Source of the DNA: Candidatus Poribacteria bacterium
GTDB taxonomy: Bacteria; Poribacteria; WGA-4E; PCPOR2b
Assembly (NCBI GenBank): GCA_965198175.1
Contig: OZ240245.1
Coordinates: forward strand, 3,584,001-3,648,000
DNA: 64,000 nt
Reading direction: 5' to 3'
The translations under genes and the position numbers were made by a program. This document shows, piece by piece, positions 59,251 to 64,000 of the stretch. The notes under the pieces were generated by a model. That model saw nothing but the letters and a program-made list of their open reading frames with translations, ran no database searches and was not told the origin of the DNA. How positions within the stretch are numbered: the first letter of the stretch is position 1; every line of letters begins with the position of its first letter.

Positions 59251-59887
59251 ACAGATCTCCCGACAGGGGTTACTCATCGTTATCTCGGGACCTTCTGGAT
59301 CTGGCAAAACCAGTGTCGTCAAAGCGCTCTGCCAAGCAGAGCCGACGTTGACGCACTCCATATCCGCAACAACACGCCCACCTCGCCCCGGTGAAGTTGA
59401 TGGGGTCAACTACCATTTTTTATCCTCCTCCGAATTTGAGGCGTTAATCCAGCAGCGTGGGTTTCTGGAATCAGCAAAATATGGGGACCACCACTACGGT
59501 ACACTGAAATCGGAGGTTGATCCCAAAATAACAGAAGGCAAAGATGTCGTCCTAGAAATTGATGTACACGGTGGAATGCAGGTCAAGTCGCTTTCTCTGA
59601 AGCGCGTAAGCATCTTTATTCTGCCGCCCTCCTTCGCGGTTTTGGAAAAACGACTTCGCGGTCGAAAAACCGAATCCACTCTGGAACTCCAGCAGCGCCT
59701 GCAGGGAGCTAAATCAGAGATTGCGTACATGAAAGACTATGATTATTGCGTCGTCAATCTGGAAAACAGCATAGAGCAAACTGTCCAAAATCTCCGTTCC
59801 ATCATCGCTGCCGAGCGTTGCCGAATCGACAACCAGCTTCTAAAGGCGATTTCTCAGGAATTTCCCCCACCTGCGCTTCCTAGTTAA
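59240..59887 (+). CDS. gmk: Guanylate kinase
   Basis: SGPSGSGKT, TTRPPRPGEVDGVNYHF, YGT. Confidence 0.96.
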   Translation: MWSEQISRQGLLIVISGPSGSGKTSVVKALCQAEPTLTHSISATTRPPRPGEVDGVNYHFLSSSEFEALIQQRGFLESAKYGDHHYGTLKSEVDPKITEGKDVVLEIDVHGGMQVKSLSLKRVSIFILPPSFAVLEKRLRGRKTESTLELQQRLQGAKSEIAYMKDYDYCVVNLENSIEQTVQNLRSIIAAERCRIDNQLLKAISQEFPPPALPS

Positions 59888-59947
59888 TTTCTCAACTTCA
59901 GCTAGGGTTTCGCCCAATAAGAGACACTCTATCTACAAAGTAATCAG

Positions 59948-60754
59948 ATGAGTACCTCACGAAATCGAAAACCCCACGCCGCCGATGCGAGCTCTCAACA
60001 GTCGCCGAAGCGAACTAGAAAACAACGGCGGCAGTCGCAGCAGGAGGGAGAACTACAACAAATGCACCTCGCCGATAGCTGCGGCACTGAGAGAAAGCGT
60101 ACAATAAAACGTGTGGCGGCTTGGTCAGGCTTGCTTCTTGGGTTGGTTTTCTTGGTACTCGGGCTGATTTACTTCACGGATAACCCCGAACCGGAAATGG
60201 CAACGCAGGGACTTCATCCGGTTCCGAAATCTGGCAGGGTCATCGGCAATCCCGACGCTCCGATTAGTTTAGTTGAATATAGCGATTATCAGTGCCGTCG
60301 GTGCGCATACTATCACGTGATTATCACACAGCTCGTGGAAGAGTTGGGCGACGAGTTTCGACTCATCTTTCGCCACTACCCGCTGCGAAACCATGCCAAC
60401 GCGAAAGCAGCGGCGACAGCCGCGGAATCTGCGGGTCGTCAAGGCAAATTCTGGGAGATGCATGAAGTACTGCTTTCCCAACAGGAGCAGTGGGCAAAGA
60501 AAGAGCTGACAGAAGCATTCGAGATCTTTTTGCAATATGCGACTACGCTGAACTTAGATGTGAACCAATTTCAAGAAGATTTTCTCTCGCAAGAAATTAT
60601 CGACAAGGTCAACGACGACTATCAGGAGGGTCGCCGCGCCGGCGTTCGGTCAACACCAACCTTCTTCCTGAATGGTCAGAAAGTCATCAATAAACCGCCC
60701 ACATATGAGGAATTTAAGGCGCTTATCCTCGAAACTAAATCTGAACTCAATTAA
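59948..60754 (+). CDS. Membrane-anchored DsbA-family thioredoxin
   Basis: TM helix, YSDYQCRRC, RHYPL, STPTFFLNG. Confidence 0.9.
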   Translation: MSTSRNRKPHAADASSQQSPKRTRKQRRQSQQEGELQQMHLADSCGTERKRTIKRVAAWSGLLLGLVFLVLGLIYFTDNPEPEMATQGLHPVPKSGRVIGNPDAPISLVEYSDYQCRRCAYYHVIITQLVEELGDEFRLIFRHYPLRNHANAKAAATAAESAGRQGKFWEMHEVLLSQQEQWAKKELTEAFEIFLQYATTLNLDVNQFQEDFLSQEIIDKVNDDYQEGRRAGVRSTPTFFLNGQKVINKPPTYEEFKALILETKSELN

Positions 60755-61211
60755 ATTGATTACGGCGGGCTGGTTGACGATTAGTCTGATTGGCTTCGTA
60801 GACGCCACGTATCTCACCATTCAACATTATCGCGGCGCTTCGCTGGACTGCTATGTTCTGAGAGATTGTGAGGAGGTCACCACTAGCGAATACGCGACAA
60901 TTGGATCAATCCCCATCGCCTTGTTGGGCGCACTTTACTATGTGTCTATCATTTTCTTAACTGCGGCGTATTTAGACACAAAACACACCCGCCTGTTAAC
61001 AATCATCCCTCTTTTAACAACTTTGGGCTTTCTGGTGTCGCTCATCTTGGTTTATCTGCAAATTGTTGTCATCCGCGCCCTCTGTTCATACTGTCTTCTC
61101 TCCGCTCTTGCATCCACAGCACTTTTTATTTTGGCTGCGATTTCTGTAAAAACCTCTAGAAAATTAACGGCAAGTTCGCAAATGTTGCGCGTCGATCGAA
61201 ACAGGATATGA
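60705..61211 (+). CDS. Vitamin K epoxide reductase (VKOR) family protein
   Basis: Loop cysteines (C....DCEEV), 4 TM helices, ALCSYC motif; start uncertain. Confidence 0.88.
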   Translation: MRNLRRLSSKLNLNSIKLITAGWLTISLIGFVDATYLTIQHYRGASLDCYVLRDCEEVTTSEYATIGSIPIALLGALYYVSIIFLTAAYLDTKHTRLLTIIPLLTTLGFLVSLILVYLQIVVIRALCSYCLLSALASTALFILAAISVKTSRKLTASSQMLRVDRNRI

Positions 61212-61269
61212 TGTCAATTGCATTAATTTCAAGCCGAGGCGCGAAGGTGATTACTGTGGAGGAACTGAC

Positions 61270-61740
61270 GTGTTAGGATTACACCAAGAAACTCTAGATC
61301 AGATCCACGCGCACGCAATCGCGGAATTCCCCCACGAATGCTGCGGCGTCATCCTGAGCGATGGCGATCAAGAATATGTCAGAAAGTGTACTAATATACA
61401 GAATGTGCGCCATGCCGAAGATCCGGGAACATATACACGCGATGCGCGGACAGCGTATCTTATAGATCCAAACGATTTGATTAGCGTGCACAAAGAGTCC
61501 GAGACCGAAAACCGACCGTTCAAGGCATTTTATCACTCACATCCCAACCACGATGCGTACTTTTCTGCTAAAGACAAAGAAGACGCGACAGCTTGGGGAG
61601 AACCGGCATATCCTGATGCGGCTTACATCGTAATCTCAATTTATGATCGGGCGATTAACACTACGCGAGCTTATGCTTGGCGTGAAGCGGAAGGGGATTT
61701 TGTCGAGGTACCGATAAACGTGAAGCGTGGGTCGTTGTAG
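61270..61740 (+). CDS. Mov34/JAB (M67, Mec-like) metallopeptidase
   Basis: PHECCG, YHSHP....FS..D. Confidence 0.9.
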   Translation: MLGLHQETLDQIHAHAIAEFPHECCGVILSDGDQEYVRKCTNIQNVRHAEDPGTYTRDARTAYLIDPNDLISVHKESETENRPFKAFYHSHPNHDAYFSAKDKEDATAWGEPAYPDAAYIVISIYDRAINTTRAYAWREAEGDFVEVPINVKRGSL

Positions 61741-61780
61741 CTAAGTATTTGATTCATCAATTCTAACAGGGACCGAAAAC

Positions 61781-62020
61781 ATGGCAAATTTGAGAGTTCG
61801 TTTGACTTTTCCTCCAGAGCGAATCACTGAGCCCGTGGTTTACAACATCGGGCATCAATATAATGTTGTCACGAACATCCGGCGTGCCAACGTCACGGCT
61901 GACGAAGGGTGGATAATTCTAGAAATTATCGGCGATGCGGACGAGCTTGAACGGGTTGTTGAGCATCTCAGAAACATTAGAGTACAAGTCGAACCGGTCG
62001 AAGGTGATGTAGTTTTGTAA
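61781..62020 (+). CDS. NIL domain protein
   Basis: LTFP...EPVVY....YNVVTNIRRANV. Confidence 0.85.
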   Translation: MANLRVRLTFPPERITEPVVYNIGHQYNVVTNIRRANVTADEGWIILEIIGDADELERVVEHLRNIRVQVEPVEGDVVL

Positions 62021-62329
62021 GGGCGTTGTTTTCGTCTCTGCTCCCCTTATGTGGCGTTGGTGGTGCGGCTTTGACTTTTCAAGGTCGCCGCTAGCACAAT
62101 CGGGAACAAGGTCGAAAAATAGAACCATGTGATACTCGCCATCCGTATTCTTTGCAAGGACATATTCCTTGGGGTTGGTTTCGACCGTGAACAGATTCGG
62201 GTTTCTGGTGAATTCGTCCGGCAACTCCCAGAGCGCAATCGCATAATCCGGAAATTCCGCTTCGGTGAGCATTCTCAACTCAATCCGAAGTCCTTCCTCG
62301 ACCGGCATCCATTTCGGTTTTGATTCCAT
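61919..62329 (-). pseudogene. Possible gene remnant (protein-like fragment overlapping the NIL gene)
   Basis: Protein-like core PDYAIALWELP...KNTDGEYHMVLFFDL; in-frame stop just upstream; the 3' end runs antisense into NIL. Confidence 0.35.
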
Positions 62330-62522
62330 CCGGCAGGAAAAAGTTAAACGCTATCCCTTCCCCCAACTTTAGCAGCCTGGGACCTGTGGTCCATTGCGGC
62401 ATTTTCAGAAGATTCTTATTCATGTGATAGCTTTCTTGACATTGCAGTAACGCTTTAATCGCTTAACGCTTCCAGTCCGACTACAGAATAAAGTAGGACG
62501 CAAAAGCGGCGTAAGTTCTGTA

Positions 62523-63170
62523 CTAAAAATCTAAACGAATTAGGGGTTTAACTGTTGAACGGGAGTAGGTTAGATCCGAGACAGTGTCGGAAAAGAACGG
62601 CGCGAAAAACGTATCAAGACAGGATAGGAATTCATTGAGGTTAATCCCCATATACATGCTTGGATTATCAAGGGTGTGCTGCACGCGGCGCACTTTGTCA
62701 CGACCGGCTATTGAAAGACTGCGCAGCGGTCGGAGTTGACGCGAATGATACTTGATGAGCGAAGCGGAAATCTGGATTAGTCCTTGAAGGAACAGACGAT
62801 ATTCATCTTCTGCTTTCTGCCATAACCCCTCCCACGCTTCGTGGGCTTCCCACCAGTACGCGAAGTTGTAAAGGTCGACACCGTATAGGTAATCCTCATT
62901 TTCACGCCACACCTCCGGGGGCGGGATGGGGTCATCGGTTTCTTCATGCACTCCGTAGCTATGTCCATTAACATCGTTGATAGGGTGCGGCGTCACGCCC
63001 GGCACATGGCGATACGGGGGAAAAGAGCGTTGTAGACAGTAACGTATCCAGTCAGGGTCAAATGGCACAGGCTGCGGGATGTGCTGAATCTCATCTCTTA
63101 CCTGTAATTGACCCGAAACACGCCTTCGCCGTCTGAAAAATCCTAATCCTGCAATTTTCATGAAGTTCAC
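62523..63170 (-). CDS. DUF309 family protein
   Basis: GVDLYN..YWWEAHEAWEGLW, FLQGLIQ; N-terminal PPYRHVPG..PHP. Confidence 0.85.
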   Translation of the reverse strand: MNFMKIAGLGFFRRRRRVSGQLQVRDEIQHIPQPVPFDPDWIRYCLQRSFPPYRHVPGVTPHPINDVNGHSYGVHEETDDPIPPPEVWRENEDYLYGVDLYNFAYWWEAHEAWEGLWQKAEDEYRLFLQGLIQISASLIKYHSRQLRPLRSLSIAGRDKVRRVQHTLDNPSMYMGINLNEFLSCLDTFFAPFFSDTVSDLTYSRSTVKPLIRLDF

Positions 63171-63238
63171 AACCTCAAGATTGAATCTGTGAGTGATGGC
63201 TTGGGGACGATTGATGGCGGGCTTGGCTTGGAAACTTC

Positions 63239-63508
63239 CTATGCAGCATCATCGCGTTTTTTGTCTAGATCAAAACCGTCCTTTATCCAGTATACAAACT
63301 TGCATATGCCTTTTGGTAAGAAGTATAATCCGACGCTGCCAATTAAGGTGTAAAACAAAATAATCGAAAACCCAACTCCATCCCGAGAATGGAGAAAGTG
63401 TGCCAAACTTAAACAACCTAATATAAATGTCCATAGACCACTTAACGCAACCGAGCAAGCGAAAACAATTCTTCTAACGCCCTCAGATTGAGGTTGCCTG
63501 GGTTTCAA
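63239..63508 (-). CDS. Small two-TM hypothetical protein
   Basis: Two hydrophobic helices; GGAGG RBS. Confidence 0.6.
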   Translation of the reverse strand: MKPRQPQSEGVRRIVFACSVALSGLWTFILGCLSLAHFLHSRDGVGFSIILFYTLIGSVGLYFLPKGICKFVYWIKDGFDLDKKRDDAA

Positions 63509-63523
63509 TCTTGACCTCCGTTT

Positions 63524-63910
63524 TCACCATTCTCTGTTAACGTCGTAGGCATCAAATTCTGTGTCTACGCTAATAATTGGAAGTCCTTCAACAAGTCCTT
63601 GAGCGATTATCATGCGGTCAAATGGATCTCGGTGATGAAAAGGTAAAGTGGTCAGCTTGATGAGGCTATCAACTGTGATATCCAATATCTCAATATGATT
63701 GAAACGCAGCCTCTCTGGAAACACCTGTTCAAACGGTTTGCCTAAATCAAGTTTCCCCAACCCTACCTTAATTGCTATCTCCCATAGGCTGACGATGCTA
63801 AGGAACTTCTCGTTACTTGAATCATCAATTAACCGTCGTGCTCTATCGCTCAGTCTTTCGTCGCCGGCGAGAAACCAAAGCAGCGTATGTGTATCAAGCA
63901 GATACTTCAT
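63524..63910 (-). CDS. vapC: VapC-family PIN toxin
   Basis: MKYLLDTH, SLWEIAIK, HHRDPFDR. Confidence 0.95.
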   Translation of the reverse strand: MKYLLDTHTLLWFLAGDERLSDRARRLIDDSSNEKFLSIVSLWEIAIKVGLGKLDLGKPFEQVFPERLRFNHIEILDITVDSLIKLTTLPFHHRDPFDRMIIAQGLVEGLPIISVDTEFDAYDVNREW

Positions 63911-64000
63911 TCCATGTACTCTTTGAAATCTGGGAGTTCATCGTCAAAATCTTCACTAATATGAATAAGCCCCTTGGCACTCCCAAAGCCAGTCTTTAGC
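63907..64000 (-). CDS. Antitoxin C-terminus (DUF2281/Phd-type), partial
   Basis: ...FGSAKGLIHISEDFDDELPDFKEYME*; ATGA overlap with vapC. Confidence 0.85.
   Translation of the reverse strand, partial: LKTGFGSAKGLIHISEDFDDELPDFKEYME

Overview
A roughly 50% GC bacterial chromosomal window, probably from Candidatus Poribacteria or a relative. This is an inference from three PhyH-family dioxygenases, WD40 and PD40 propeller proteins, 'NYPNPF' C-terminal domains and repeated 'TWGxxK' C-termini. The left end (1-6.2 kb) is a defence island. It holds a type III restriction-modification pair and, upstream, a cassette bounded by heptamer repeats. The cassette contains a frameshifted PD-(D/E)xK-like nuclease N-terminus, then a 919-aa TPR-rich ORF ending in an antitoxin-like tail that overlaps a VapC/PIN toxin gene. 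The rest is mostly metabolic and housekeeping genes: GH36 glycosidase, ackA, glnE, uppP, ychF, tRNA-Phe, tRNA-Thr, an ECF sigma operon, a BamA-like protein, a two-component system, a ClpX-like ATPase, yicC-gmk, DsbA-VKOR, JAB-NIL and a terminal TA pair. Secreted paralog arrays and REP-like palindromes are interspersed. Most notable are the TPR-antitoxin/VapC cassette, a PhyH-fold enzyme with a halogenase-type H-W-G motif, and a shared C-terminal TWG motif. A TWG-like segment also links a WD40 protein, across an in-frame stop, to a FlgD-like domain. A heavily structured, riboswitch-like leader lies upstream of glnE. All calls are by eye from sequence motifs; no searches were run.
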